Positions 10,666 through 21,982 are shown, counted from the stretch's first letter. The stretch is DNA of 64,000 nucleotides from Caecitellus pseudoparvulus (GCA_965644315.1 CBFFRQ010000064.1:124001-188000); one strand, 5' to 3'. A program made the numbers and translations. The notes: generated by a model from the letters alone, not told the origin.

Positions 10666-12385
10666 CATGCAAGCACAGGATGCCATGGCAGCCCTGGCAC
10701 GGGGCTGGAACTGGATGATGCCTGATCGGCCTCCACCTGGCCCATGTTTCGTCGTTGGCGCCGGGGAGCTGCCGTCTTCCAGTGCGTGGCGTGGCGCTGC
10801 GCTGCAGCGGCGTTTCAGGGACACCTCCTCCCACCCCGCCTCTGCCCCTGCCGCCGCCACACAGAAGCGTGCCGGCAAGTCGGCGCGCGCATCATGCGTG
10901 CCACGTACCGTTCTCGCGTCGGCCACATCGCCGGCTCCAAGCTCACCTCTGACGCGGGCTGGGGCTGCATGCTGCGCACAGCACAGTCCATGCTGGCCCA
11001 CGCCTGGCAGCGGCACCTGCAGGGCTCCGCCTGGGTCAGCGCCGAGTCCGCCAACCCCCTGGCAGAGGAAGCCATCGCAGACCTCATCGCAGACCTGCCC
11101 CATGCCGAGTGTGTGTACGGGCTGCACGCGGCAGCACGCGTGGCAGCCTCTCTGCACGGCATGGCGCCTGGGGACTGGTATGGGCCCATGGCCATCTGCA
11201 CGACGCTGGAGGCCCTGAACACGCACCACGTGATGCAAGGCCACGCGCCCCTCCTCCTGCACGTGGTGCGGGACGGGTCACTGTGCCTGGACCGAGTCAC
11301 CGCCCTGGCCACGCACGCGCCAGACACCCCCTCCGCCACCCCAGAGGCGGAGGCTCTGCCCACCCCCCTCCCCTCTGACGCCCCCCCCGCCCTCTGCCAG
11401 CACCACACCCTGGAGGTCGGCCATCTTCCTCATGGTGCCCCTGCGCCTGGGCGTGGAGTCACTGCAGCCTGATCTGCTCCCGGGCCTCCTGGCGCTGCTG
11501 GCCCTGCCATCGTGTGTGGGGGCCATAGGCGGAACACCCCGCCACTCGCTGTTCTTCGTCGGGGCGCGCGGCCTGCCGCCCACGCCCTCGTCTGACCCCG
11601 CCGCCTATGCCCACACCCAGCTCCTGTTCCACGACCCCCACACGGTGCAGCCCCCCCCCATCACACGCTCCACCTCCCACCCACGCCACTTGGCCAAGGC
11701 TTCCTCCGAACCACGAGCCCTCGCCGCCGCCGCCGCTGCCGCAGCTGCCACGCTGACAGGCGGCACGGGGGCGCCGGCGCCACCCCCCCCCGCTGCAGCC
11801 GCTGGGGGGGGTGACTCCGGTGCCTTTCACGGGGCCTCCGCGGACGTGGCCCCAGGGGAGGGGGCCCACCACGTACGGCGCTCTTCCTCCGCCAAGTCGC
11901 CCCACGCCGGCGAGTCACCCTCCGCCACGCCGTGGGGCGTCGCCTTGGCGCAACGCAGTCGGCGCCACGCCCCTCACCTGGTCACCCTGCGGCAGCTGCC
12001 TCGGCGGCCGCCAGACGAAGTCATCCAGCCGGCGTTTCGTCGGAGTTTCTTCGGGAAACCCGGGTCCCTGGGGTGGCAGCCCGCCACCACGCTGGACCCT
12101 TCCCTGGCCCTGGGCTTCTACCTGCCACACAGGCGGGCCCTGGAGGAATTCGTGAGTGCCGTGCAGGGGGGTCCGGGGGCGGACCTCTTGGCGGTGCACG
12201 AGGTGACGCCACGCCACATGGCAGAGGGGGGGGAGGGGGGGCGGTGCGACACGCCCCCGTCGCCCCCTCCCACGCCGCCGCCCATGGACTCTGCTGTCCT
12301 CGTCACCGCGCCCACAGTGACTCCCGCTGGGACGGTGCGGGATGAGGGGGAGGTGGACTCACCCCACGACTATGTTCTGCTGTGA
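10666..12385 (+). CDS. ATG4: Autophagy cysteine protease ATG4 (C54); intron 10782-10865 plus a second frame junction at ~11283-11410
   Basis: Motifs TYR...LTSDAGWGCMLR (catalytic Cys), GDWYGP, VPLRLG, IGGTPRHSLFFVG, HDPH, LDPSLALGFY, and a C-terminal DYVLL LIR-like motif. Confidence 0.93.
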
Positions 12386-12849
12386 ACACGCAGGCGGAAC
12401 ACTCAAGGGATTGTCAATGCATGTCAATTTGCGTGCCATGCCGTGCGTACTGTGTTGGGAACGACGAATACCCCCAAATACGTCTGCGCACAGTAGCCAA
12501 GTGGTGTTAGCTTGTAGCTTCTACGGGGGACCCATAGAGTGTTATTGAATACTTCCCGCAAAAGGAACGCAATGGCCACTTTACCATGCCCACACGCTCT
12601 ATGCTTACCACTTCCAAATACCCAGTGCATGCAGTGCTTTCGAGAAGCCGTGCAAGTGGCTCCCCCGCACGCTCTCGTCCTGGCCCTGCAGCTCCGCCGG
12701 TCGTCAAGCACGGCCAGCTCACCTTCCTCCTTGGGGCTCGGCAGTAGCGCGCGAAGGGCTTCGGAGCCATTGAAGCACCTGGTAGCTTAAACACCTTAGC
12801 TTTCACTTGTGTGCATAAGTGGCGCCAAGGAACAGCTTCCGGTCCGACA

Positions 12850-14136
12850 ATGGCCGCTGTCATGCACGCGTTTCAGCGGCGTTTTGCCCAGCTTGCTCGG
12901 CTGCGCAGCGCTCCCGCGTCCCCAGCCTCAACCACGGCACAGCTGGGCCTGCTGAAGGTGTTTCAAATGGAGCAAGTGCCCATGGACTCCTTGCAAGTGG
13001 AGCCTGCAGCGCCTGGGGACGCGTTGGCGACGAGCGGCCCCAGCTCGGCGCCCGTCGTGCTGTCCACGTCAGACATTCGACAAGGGCGTGCCCAGGCTTT
13101 ACTGTCCACCATGCAGCCAGACGATGGGACAGTCCTCACCCTCGTCGTGCCGCTGGACTCGGCTGTTGCAATGCTGCAAGGCGGGGGTGTCGGCGGCGGC
13201 GGGGCGCCTGCTGCGTTGCTGGAGGATTCCCCCACCCCGCCAACGCAGGCAGCCGAGGCCGCCGCTGGACTCCCTGCGCTGCCCACAGCCGCCCCTGACT
13301 CAACCCTCGCCACTGTGGACACACACAAGGCGGCACCCCTGCGGACGCTGGCAGGGGCCACTGAGGGCAGTGCTGTGAAGCCGCCTGAGCTGCCGGGCGA
13401 GGGGGCCTTTCTCGCAGACGACAACGAGCTGAGTCAAGGTGCGGGGCGCCCCTCCACGCCCGCCCTCTCATCGTCTGGCCGGGCGCTGTTCCAGGCAGCT
13501 GAGCTGGGGGATGTGCCTGCCCTGCTGGCGTTGCTGGAGTCAGGCGTTGACCCGGCAACGCAGCACCCCCGGCATGGCGGCACGGCCCTGCACGTGCTCG
13601 TCACAGGCCCTGCTGCGTTGGAGCAGGAGTCACTGGAGGCTGGCCTCCTGGCGTTGCTGCGTGCAGGCGCCGACGTGAACGCGCTAGCGGCCAACGGCTC
13701 CACACCCCTGCACTGGGCGGCGGGGGCCGGTGAGGTGCCAGCGGTGCAAGTGCTGCTGCGCGCTGGCGCCGACCCCTGTGCGACGACGTATGTGTGGCGC
13801 AGGCAATTGTTCGGCAAGGGCTCGGGGCAGACGCCCCTGCACTGGGCGGCGGAGTGTGGCCATGAGGAGGTGGTGGCGACGCTGCTGGGGTGGGAGGGAC
13901 CCCCCCCCCAGCCGGCCTGGAGGGGGGGTGGCCGTCACATCGCCAGCGCCTTCGCCACTCCCAGCCTCGCGGCAGCCCTCATCCCAGACGAGCGGGGCGT
14001 GCTGCCCGCCGACCTGGCAGCCAAGAGCGGCCACGCAGGCACGGCAGAGGCGGTGGCGCGCGTGGCGGGCGCGACCTTCGTCGCCCTGCGCATCAGCTGC
14101 ACATCACAACACGTCGGCGTGGCGCCGCGCTCCTGA
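12850..14136 (+). CDS. Ankyrin-repeat protein
   Basis: Repeats GGTALHVL, GADVNALAANGSTPLHWAA, GQTPLHWAAECGH, GVLPADLAAKSGH. Start codon uncertain. Confidence 0.85.
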   Translation: MAAVMHAFQRRFAQLARLRSAPASPASTTAQLGLLKVFQMEQVPMDSLQVEPAAPGDALATSGPSSAPVVLSTSDIRQGRAQALLSTMQPDDGTVLTLVVPLDSAVAMLQGGGVGGGGAPAALLEDSPTPPTQAAEAAAGLPALPTAAPDSTLATVDTHKAAPLRTLAGATEGSAVKPPELPGEGAFLADDNELSQGAGRPSTPALSSSGRALFQAAELGDVPALLALLESGVDPATQHPRHGGTALHVLVTGPAALEQESLEAGLLALLRAGADVNALAANGSTPLHWAAGAGEVPAVQVLLRAGADPCATTYVWRRQLFGKGSGQTPLHWAAECGHEEVVATLLGWEGPPPQPAWRGGGRHIASAFATPSLAAALIPDERGVLPADLAAKSGHAGTAEAVARVAGATFVALRISCTSQHVGVAPRS

Positions 14137-14142
14137 CGCTGC

Positions 14143-14150
14143 AATGCATT
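14143..14150. terminator. Palindromic AATGCATT: candidate bidirectional 3'-end signal
   Basis: Lies in the 43-nt gap between convergent stops at 14136 and 14180. Confidence 0.5.
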
Positions 14151-14179
14151 CACACTCTCCCGGGGCGGGGGCAGGGCAG

Positions 14180-15828
14180 TCACTGCACCACCGGCTTCGC
14201 GGGCTGGGCCGGCTCCCCACGAGCCTCCACGAACTTCTGCCCCAGCCCCTCGGCGTACGCCACGCCGTCTGCCGCGACGGACACGGCGCCCTGCACTGCG
14301 CCACTGAGTGTGCCGCCTGTGAGGGACTCGTCCCACGCGCGCAGCCCCTCCACGGCGGCCGTGGCGCGGTCCTTCAGCGCATACTTGGCGTCCAGAGAAG
14401 CCACCGTCGCGACGCCCTGCTTGTACCCCTCCGCAGCCAGGGTGCTGACGCCGTACTGTGCGTCCAGGCTGGCGGCCGTGTCCATGACGCCGAAGCGCTT
14501 GTCCAGGGCCACGGCTGTGGACAGCCCCGCCGCCTCGGCGCGCTGCAGGAGCGAGCCAGCCTGCGCCGACAGGGAACGCAGCAAGGCAAACAGCTGCCCA
14601 CGCGCATTGGCCACGGACTCCTTGGCGCCAGTGAGGGCAGAGTCCAGGCCGGAAGACTGGATGAGGGAGTCGGCGGTGCTGGCAGCGACGGCCGTCGCAC
14701 CGGTCAGCGCCTGCTGTGCCAGGTGCAGTGCCTGCAAACCCGCCACGACGGGTTTCTCGGACAGCGGTGCCTCCTCAAGCTTGGCAATGGAAGCAGACAC
14801 CTGCTGCTGTGCGTCCTTCAACATTTCCACGGCGTTTGCCAGCACGGGCGAGTCCTGGGCCTTGCTCAGCGCCTGCAACGCGAGGGGTGGTGTAGGACGA
14901 GCAGTGCACAACACGCCAAGAATCTAGGCTGCGCAAAGGGCCGCACCTCTCCCAACGCCGAGCGGGCGTCTTGCAGTCGAGTCTTGGCGGACTCTGCGGT
15001 GCCGTGCAGGCTGGAGCCGCCCACGTGCTGCGAAGAGGCGGGTGCGAAGCGCCAGTGCAAAACGAGCACGCTGCCATGAAGCGGTGCACAGCGCGGGGCG
15101 CCACAGTCGAACCATGCTCAGGGTCACCCAGCGAACACATGCCAGATGTCGCCTTGCTGGCATGCCTCGTCTTGTCAATCACTCACCAGCTTGGCCAGGT
15201 TGGCAATGACGGCGTGGTACAGGCTGGACAGCTGCTTCGCAAGGCTGGAGGTGACTTGGTGTTCCTCGTCATACTCGGCAGCCTTGTGCACTGCGCCGGC
15301 AACCAGCACCAGCGCACTGGCCGTCTTCTTTTGCACCTGTGCAGCGCAAGGGCGTGGGCCGAGGCGAGTGCTGGGGTGCTTGCGGCGGAAGGTTCTGTCA
15401 CGTGCGGAAATTGCATCGGAATATTGCGCAGGCCGGCGGATCGAACGCACCACAACGTGCAGGCTCTGGGCATCCATGTCGTCCTCCGCTGCCGACTTCG
15501 TGCCTTCCAACTGTGCCAGGGGCGTGCAGGCCGTGTGGTGTGAGCGCAAGCGGCAGGGCGGAGTGTCGGAATATTTGCTCTGTCGAAGCACGGCAGCCGC
15601 CCATACCTCTTGCGCGGCGCTGAGCAAGTCCTCCTTGATGAGGGTCAGCAGGCTGCCTTCAGGGGCGGCATCGCGGTATTTTGTCGCATACGACGTCACT
15701 ACACCTGCCATCTCCTTGAGCTTGTCGATGGTGGAGGCGGAAGCCACCTCAACGGTCGCTGGTGCGGCAGGGGCGCCGTCCATGTCGCCTGCGCCGACTG
15801 CGCTGGCGTCCTTGGCTGGGCTGGCCAT
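14180..15828 (-). CDS. Multi-exon alpha-helical protein with D-x-x-[YF]-x-[VL] repeats; unknown function
   Basis: MASPAKDAS at 15828. About 5 exons joined at GTATGG/GTGCGT/GTGAGT/GTGCGG donors. Last exon LDKRFGV..LDAQYGV..LDAKYAL. Confidence 0.6.
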
Positions 15829-16066
15829 GGCGTGAAGGCGGGTGCTTGTGAAAAGGGTTGATACTGGATGCTGGGTCGTGTTGAGTTGCCGGTGTGTGTG
15901 CGATTTTGAACTTGGCTGTGGGTATGGCAAGAGGGATGGCCGCACCCCCCTCGTACGCCCCTTCGCACCCCCCCTGCCACCCCCCTCCACAAGCCCCGCC
16001 AAAACAAGTGCACCCAGTCAAAGCCAGGCTACCTCTGCAGTGCTCCCACACAAAGCTGTGGGTAGC

Positions 16067-19000
16067 ATGGCTGAGCCAGAGGCGGGGGTGCGCCCTTCGC
16101 CGGGCGACGGGGACGGCGGCGATGCCAGCATTCAGGGGGCCATCGAGGGGGCCATGCGGCAGCGCTCGCGATCACAGGGCAGCAGTGTGCATGCAGAACG
16201 CGACACGCCCCATGCTTCCAGCACGCCCAGCACGGCGCCGTCCCAGGAGGTGCTGAAGCTACGGGCTGCGTTGCAGGCGCAGAAGGATGCGAGCATTCGC
16301 ATCATCATGCAGCTGCAAGAAGACCACGCAGCAGAGCGGCAGCAGTGGGAGCAGAGGACCCAGCCACCGCCTGCGCACGTGTCAGAGGAGCAGACTGCTC
16401 TGCTGGAGCTGCACTTGCGCCAGCGCGACGAGGAGTGCGCGGCACTGCAGGCGAAGTTGGAGGACAGCGGGAAGCGCGTCAACGCCGCTGAGACAGCGGC
16501 AAACATCGCCCGTCGAGAGGTCATGTCTCTGAAGAGCAAGCTGGTGGGCGAGACAGGCGGCATGGCGTCTGTGGCGGGCGATGTGATGCGGCAGGTGTCC
16601 AGCGTTACGGCAGCGTTTCAGTCTGGCGCCAGCACTTTGGCTCGGCAGCTGCAGCGCGTGTCTGGCGTGCCCGCGACGCCTGCCCCCAAGGGTGGAGGTG
16701 AATCTGAAGGTGTTTGGCCACCGCCTCACGCGCATGGTGCGCTGCGGTCGGTGGGGGGGGAGGCCGGCGCGGAGTGGGCAGGCAGCCCCTTTGCCGTTGG
16801 TAACGGTTCCAGCTCCCAGGCGCCCCCCGCGACGCCGTCCTCGCCATCCTACAGCGCCACAACGGGGGACACCTCTGCGTACGCACTGTCCGCTGCCGCC
16901 ATGTCCAGTCTGGAGTTGGAGGGGGGCAGCAGGGACCCTGAGCGCGTGCTGGCCTCGGCTTCGGCGGCGCTGGCCTGCATGCACGCGCACCTGGCGCCAG
17001 TGCTGGGGGCCGCCGCCTCCGACGTCGCGTCCATGGCGCCCCTACGACAGCGCCTGCACTCCTCCCTCACCCGCGTGGAAAGCCTGGAAGCCGCCCTGCT
17101 GGAGGCTCAGGGGGAGGCTGACGCGGCCAAGGTGGCAGCCGCCGCTGCCACCACCTCCGCCGCTGCCGCCACCTCCTCAGCCTTGGCGGGCGTGCGGGAG
17201 GAGCTGGTGGCGGCACAGGAGGAAGCAGCGGCTGCCCAAGCCCAGCTGAGCCAGGCCCAAGCCGCCGCCGCCACTGCCGCCGCCGCCGCCGCTGCCCGGC
17301 AGGCGGAGCTGCAAGATGAGGTGGCGCAGCTGACCAGTGCCGTGGCTGAGGCGAAGGAGGGCGCCAGCAAGGCCGCCGAGCTGCAGCGGCAGCTGACGTG
17401 GGCCACCGACACAGCCAGCGTGCACGACACAGAGAAGGCCGCGTGGACACAGCAGCTAGCCAAGGCGCGTGAGGAGCGCGCGGCGGCGGTGGCGGCGGCA
17501 GGGGAGGCACGCGCCGAGGCAGCTGCAGCTGCAGGGCGAGCTGACAGCCTGGCTGCAGACTTGGCGGAGGCTGAGGCGGGGCGGGACGCCGCCAAGCGCC
17601 GGGTAGAGGAGTTGCGCCAGAAGCTCAGCGAGCGGCCGCCGCCTGAGGTGGTGCAGGAGCTGGCTCAGGCGCGGGCGGAGGCAGCGGCGGCGAAGGCTGA
17701 GGCCCGGCGGCAGGGCGAGGCAGCCACTGCGGCACAGGCCGAGGCGGAGGAGACGAGGGGCGCTCTGCAGGCAGCCCAGGAGGAGCTGGCCAGTGCGCTG
17801 GCTGCTGTGGAGGCGGCGGCGGCGAAGGAGGATGAGGAAGAGGCGGCCCTGGTGGCGGCAGTGGAAGACACCAGCGCCTCCCTGGCGTCCTCCACAGCCA
17901 CGGTGACGGCGTTGCAGGAGCGCGTGGCGGTGCTGCAGGCGTCACTGGCGACGCACGAGGGGCGGGAAGAGGAGTGGGCGTCCAAGTGGGCTGACCGGGA
18001 GGCCGAGTGGCGCGAGACGTGGGCAGACAGGGAGGCTTTCTGGCGCAAACGCGATGCTGCGTGGAGCGCCAAGCAAGACACGTGGCGCAGCACAGTCACA
18101 CAGCTGAGAGACACTCGCGCGTCTGCGGCGGCCGAAACGCCGCCTCCCCCGCCGGAAACGCCGTCTGCCGCCGCTCGTGCGGAACTGGCGCAGGCACAAG
18201 CTGCCTCCTTTCAAGCTGCGGCACAGCGCCTTGAAGGGGAGTTGGAAGAGGAGCGGCGCACGGTGGCCAGCCTGCGCACGCAGCTGGCACGTGCGCAGGC
18301 GGCTGCTGCGGCAGCGCAGGAAGCCGCAGCGCGGCAGCCCTCACCCGTTCCTGCCGCGTCCCCTGCACCCAGCAAGGCTAGCGGCGAGGCAAGTTGGCAG
18401 CCTGGTGGGCGCCCTTCTTCCACACCAGCCGCTGACGAGAGCCCTTCAGCCAGCATGCGCATCGGCGCGCTGCATGCTGCTCTGGACCGTGCCAAGGGTG
18501 ACTTGCAGAACCTGCAGCGCGAGCTGCAAAGCGAACGCGAAGCGCGCCACGCAGCCGAAGCCAGCGTAGCCGCAGCAGGACACACTCAGTCTAGTGATGT
18601 GCGTGCACTGCGAGTAGCCCTGCAGGCGAAGGATGCCGCGTTGCAAGACGGCGCGGCGGCGCTGGAGGCGCTTGGCGCTTCCGAAGCGGCGTTGCAGGCG
18701 CAGCTGGACAGCCTGGTGGCGGAAAGCAATGACCTGCGACAGCAGCTGCAGCAGCAGCAATCCGATGCGAAAACCATGCAGGCCAAGCTGCAGTCTGCGC
18801 AGTCCGCCCTTGCAGCGGAGAGCAAGGCATGTGCTGACCTTCGGCGGGAATTGACGCAGGCTGAACGCAGGGTGCTGGTGGCAGCCCGCAACGCCCTGCC
18901 CAGCACACAGCAGCCGGGCACACCAGCACCTGCCCCCGCCGTCACGCCACGCAAGTCTGGACCGGCAGCGGCTGCTGCGCGTGCCAAAGAGCGCGCTCGT

Positions 19001-19939
19001 CGAGCTGCCGACGCGTCGAAAATTGCCACGTTGCAGGGCACTGTGGAGCGCCTGCAAGGCGAAGTGGCAGCGCTGCGGCGGCAAGAGGCCCGCCGCAAGG
19101 CAGGGCAGCGGGTGCGTGGCTCCACTGCAGTGTCCAAAACCAAACACACATCGAAAAGCAAGTCTGAGGCGCAGCGCAGCAGCGGCGGCGGCGTTGGCGA
19201 GCGCCACAACACCATGCACCACGCCAACCCGCGCCCAGGCGGCAGCCGCGGCAGTGACGGCGGCAGTGGCGGCGGCAGTGGCAGTTCGCCCCCTGGCGCC
19301 ACAGCAGGCGCCACACCCCCCACACGCGCGTCACCCCCCTCCCCCACTCCACCCTCCCAACCCGCCACTCCGGCCACCTCGCCCTCGACGGCCCCGGCAC
19401 ACCCCCCCACAGCCAGCGTCGTGCAGTATGTGGACGGCTCAGGCGTGCTGCGCAGTGTTCCGGCAAGTGCCGTGTTCATGGCTCAGCCCATGACGCAAGC
19501 GGCAGTGGCGGCGGTGGCGGGGGTGTACGGCTCCCCCCCCCTCGCTGCCCCCAACACCGCCACTCCCCAGCTGGGCGGTGGCGCCATTGGGCGGGCACCA
19601 GTGCGCCCTCCCCTGCGAGGAGGAGGGGGGTCAGCCCCCCCCTCCACCCCCCCTCCCGCTCGCACCTGGACCAGCATGGCCACCCACGTCACGCAGAGCA
19701 GTGGCAGCGCGAAAACAGGCCAACCCAGGGGTGTCTTCGTCCCGGCGGGGTCGGGTGTTCCGCGAACACCGGCAAGTGTTCCGACTGTGCCTCCCGGCAT
19801 GGTGCGTGCCGGAACAGGGCCCGGCTCCGGGCGCCGCGCTGCGCCTCCCCACACCCCGCACCGCCCCCCTTCCACCGCCGCCCAGCCCATGTCCTCAGCT
19901 GCTGCCAAGCGAGCAGGACAGGCCCGGCACCAGACGTGA
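16067..19939 (+). CDS. Large coiled-coil protein with Pro/Ser-rich disordered C-terminus
   Basis: About 1,290-codon uninterrupted frame from MAEPEAG, with extensive Ala/Glu heptads. Confidence 0.8.
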   Translation: MAEPEAGVRPSPGDGDGGDASIQGAIEGAMRQRSRSQGSSVHAERDTPHASSTPSTAPSQEVLKLRAALQAQKDASIRIIMQLQEDHAAERQQWEQRTQPPPAHVSEEQTALLELHLRQRDEECAALQAKLEDSGKRVNAAETAANIARREVMSLKSKLVGETGGMASVAGDVMRQVSSVTAAFQSGASTLARQLQRVSGVPATPAPKGGGESEGVWPPPHAHGALRSVGGEAGAEWAGSPFAVGNGSSSQAPPATPSSPSYSATTGDTSAYALSAAAMSSLELEGGSRDPERVLASASAALACMHAHLAPVLGAAASDVASMAPLRQRLHSSLTRVESLEAALLEAQGEADAAKVAAAAATTSAAAATSSALAGVREELVAAQEEAAAAQAQLSQAQAAAATAAAAAAARQAELQDEVAQLTSAVAEAKEGASKAAELQRQLTWATDTASVHDTEKAAWTQQLAKAREERAAAVAAAGEARAEAAAAAGRADSLAADLAEAEAGRDAAKRRVEELRQKLSERPPPEVVQELAQARAEAAAAKAEARRQGEAATAAQAEAEETRGALQAAQEELASALAAVEAAAAKEDEEEAALVAAVEDTSASLASSTATVTALQERVAVLQASLATHEGREEEWASKWADREAEWRETWADREAFWRKRDAAWSAKQDTWRSTVTQLRDTRASAAAETPPPPPETPSAAARAELAQAQAASFQAAAQRLEGELEEERRTVASLRTQLARAQAAAAAAQEAAARQPSPVPAASPAPSKASGEASWQPGGRPSSTPAADESPSASMRIGALHAALDRAKGDLQNLQRELQSEREARHAAEASVAAAGHTQSSDVRALRVALQAKDAALQDGAAALEALGASEAALQAQLDSLVAESNDLRQQLQQQQSDAKTMQAKLQSAQSALAAESKACADLRRELTQAERRVLVAARNALPSTQQPGTPAPAPAVTPRKSGPAAAAARAKERARRAADASKIATLQGTVERLQGEVAALRRQEARRKAGQRVRGSTAVSKTKHTSKSKSEAQRSSGGGVGERHNTMHHANPRPGGSRGSDGGSGGGSGSSPPGATAGATPPTRASPPSPTPPSQPATPATSPSTAPAHPPTASVVQYVDGSGVLRSVPASAVFMAQPMTQAAVAAVAGVYGSPPLAAPNTATPQLGGGAIGRAPVRPPLRGGGGSAPPSTPPPARTWTSMATHVTQSSGSAKTGQPRGVFVPAGSGVPRTPASVPTVPPGMVRAGTGPGSGRRAAPPHTPHRPPSTAAQPMSSAAAKRAGQARHQT

Positions 19940-19970
19940 CGTCGCGCTGTGTCTGCCCAGTCGCAGCGAC

Positions 19971-19978
19971 AATGCATT
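19971..19978. terminator. Palindromic AATGCATT: candidate bidirectional 3'-end signal
   Basis: Lies in the 82-nt gap between convergent stops at 19939 and 20022. Confidence 0.5.
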
Positions 19979-20021
19979 TACACGGCAGCACACTCCCCCC
20001 CTCCCACCGCAGCGCACTGCG

Positions 20022-20649
20022 TCACTTGGCGTTGATGTCTGGGATGGGCTGCTGCGCCTCGGCGAGAAATTTCTCCAACCAGGGGCGGTACTCCACCCGG
20101 CCAGTCTTGCCCGGGTCTGCCTCCAGCAAGAACTCTTCTACATCCTCCAGGCTCATGGGCTCGGAGCCTAGGCTGCCGAAGATGGTGCGGAATTGGCCGT
20201 GGGTGATAAAGCCGCTGCCAGCCTGGTCGAACACTGCGAACTTGCGGGCCAGCGTGTCCAGGTCACTCAGTCCGTCTGTGAACTTGCACACGATCTCCAG
20301 CCACGCCACGTAGTCCAGACGCTTGTCCACGGCCTTGGCCTCGACTACGGCGGTGACTTGCGCCTGGGCGGGGGGAGGGTGCAGTGGCCATGACACACCT
20401 GGCAGCGTGGTGCGTCCCCTGCTCGCAACGACGCACCTGGGTGGGCGTGAAGCCCATCGCTCGCAGCATGCCACCCAAGTCCACGGCAGCCACCTCGCCC
20501 ACCTGTGTCGCATCGTACGCGTCCCAGCACCGCTTGGCCCGGGCGATCTGGTCGTCGCTCAGCACGTCAATGTCTGGCCACACATCGGGGTCGGCTGGTG
20601 GTGCAAATTTGGCTGGGTCCACGGCCCCCTTCTTCTTGCGCGCTGCCAT
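20022..20649 (-). CDS. Calmodulin/myosin-light-chain-like EF-hand protein (intron 20364-20436)
   Basis: DLGGMLRAMGFTPTQ|AQV, FAVFDQAGSGFI, LLEADPGKTGRVEY: four degenerate EF-hands. Confidence 0.85.
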
Positions 20650-20833
20650 GGCGCTGTGCGGAAGTTGCGAGAGAAACGCCCAGCGCAGCCAAACTTGCCC
20701 GCGCACGTGACGAAGTGCTGCCTGGCAGGCGCACGCCACAGTCAACGCAGCAGAAACTAAAATTTAAGCCTCATCTGCATTATCTCTAGTGTGTCGTGCG
20801 GAATTTGGGTGTGTCAAGTTCTGCTCAGCCTGC

Positions 20834-21982
20834 TTACCAGCTGGCCCACAGGCTGGCACCCCCAAAGAAACTCGGCGTGGTGGCAGGGAACAGCGCCAAG
20901 CTGAACCCGACTAGGCCAGCGAGGTGTGTGCCTAGGATCCCTGCGAAGCGGACAGGGGGGGGCGGGGGTGCCTGCAACGTGTGTGCGCTGGCTCGCCCCA
21001 CGGTGCTGCGTTGCCACGCACAGAAACGGGCACGGTAGCCTGGGTCAGTGACCCGCAAGAAGTCCAAGCTGGGCAGCCCAAAGCAATTGCACAGCGCGTG
21101 TGCTGCAACGGCCGCCGGCAACGAGCCGGTGCGCAGCAGCAGCACCCAGGCAATGCCGCCAAACACCCACGTGTATGCTAGCTGCACCATGCAGGTCAGA
21201 ATGGCGCTGGCCAGAGCACGTCCTTCCCGTAACAGTTTCCACAAGTGGTGCAGGTGAGCCACGGCGAAGGCTAGGGGGCCGAGCAGGATGGCGAGGGCGG
21301 CCGAGCAGCCGGCGCTGTGCAGCCACGCAGCAAGCAGCCCTCGAAACACCACCTCCTCGACAAGCGGAGCGCACACCACGGCACGGATGGGCAAGTGGCG
21401 GGAGAGTGGGTTGCTGGCTTGTTCGAGCGGCAGCACTTTGTGCGCTGCGATGCGCAGCGCCACTGCTGCGTTGCCAGCCGGCGTCATGCTGCCCGCAATG
21501 CTGAAGCCTTCCACACACGCATGCAGGACGCTGCCCGCGAAAAGCAAGCATATCAGCGCCAAAGCAGTGGCGCAGGCCAGCACATGGGCGAGGATGTGCC
21601 CATGCAGGCCGATGGCAGTCCACGGGGGAAGGCTTGAAGGCTGTGAAGCAGGCAGGCGAGGCTGCGGCGAAGCACACAGCACGCAAGGCACAGCGCACGC
21701 ACAGCAAGCGCAACAGTGACACCAGTCGCAACTGCACTGTACACAGTGACTGTCAGTATGCGTCCGTACACCTGGGTGGCGGGGGGCGGGCGGGCAGTGC
21801 GGCCAAGCATGCGGAAATCGGTTTCCCGGCACAGGCCTTCTGCGCACGTGTGTGGGGTGGTTGTGAGGCAGCGCCCGCACTGAAGCAGGCAGGGCATAGC
21901 ACACAGCCACAAAGCCAGCCGCGAGGGCGACGGAGACGCCGCCTGCCTGCAGCAGGGACAGGGAGGGCGTCCCGCTGGCCAT
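20834..21982 (-). CDS. RCE1: CAAX prenyl protease 2 (RCE1/Abi family); ORF probably includes unspliced in-frame introns
   Basis: Motifs APLVEEVVFRG, FAVAHLHH, QLAYTWVFG, HALCNCFGLP and multiple TM segments. Confidence 0.9.
   Translation of the reverse strand: MASGTPSLSLLQAGGVSVALAAGFVAVCYALPASVRALPHNHPTHVRRRPVPGNRFPHAWPHCPPAPRHPGVRTHTDSHCVQCSCDWCHCCACCACAVPCVLCASPQPRLPASQPSSLPPWTAIGLHGHILAHVLACATALALICLLFAGSVLHACVEGFSIAGSMTPAGNAAVALRIAAHKVLPLEQASNPLSRHLPIRAVVCAPLVEEVVFRGLLAAWLHSAGCSAALAILLGPLAFAVAHLHHLWKLLREGRALASAILTCMVQLAYTWVFGGIAWVLLLRTGSLPAAVAAHALCNCFGLPSLDFLRVTDPGYRARFCAWQRSTVGRASAHTLQAPPPPPVRFAGILGTHLAGLVGFSLALFPATTPSFFGGASLWASW

Noticed and set aside
20834-21982. Odd Cys/Pro-rich insertions in the RCE1 and SCPEP1 ORF translations as novel domains
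   Set aside because: They coincide with GTGCGC/GTGCGT..AG-bounded segments and are best read as unspliced introns translated through by the ORF finder.
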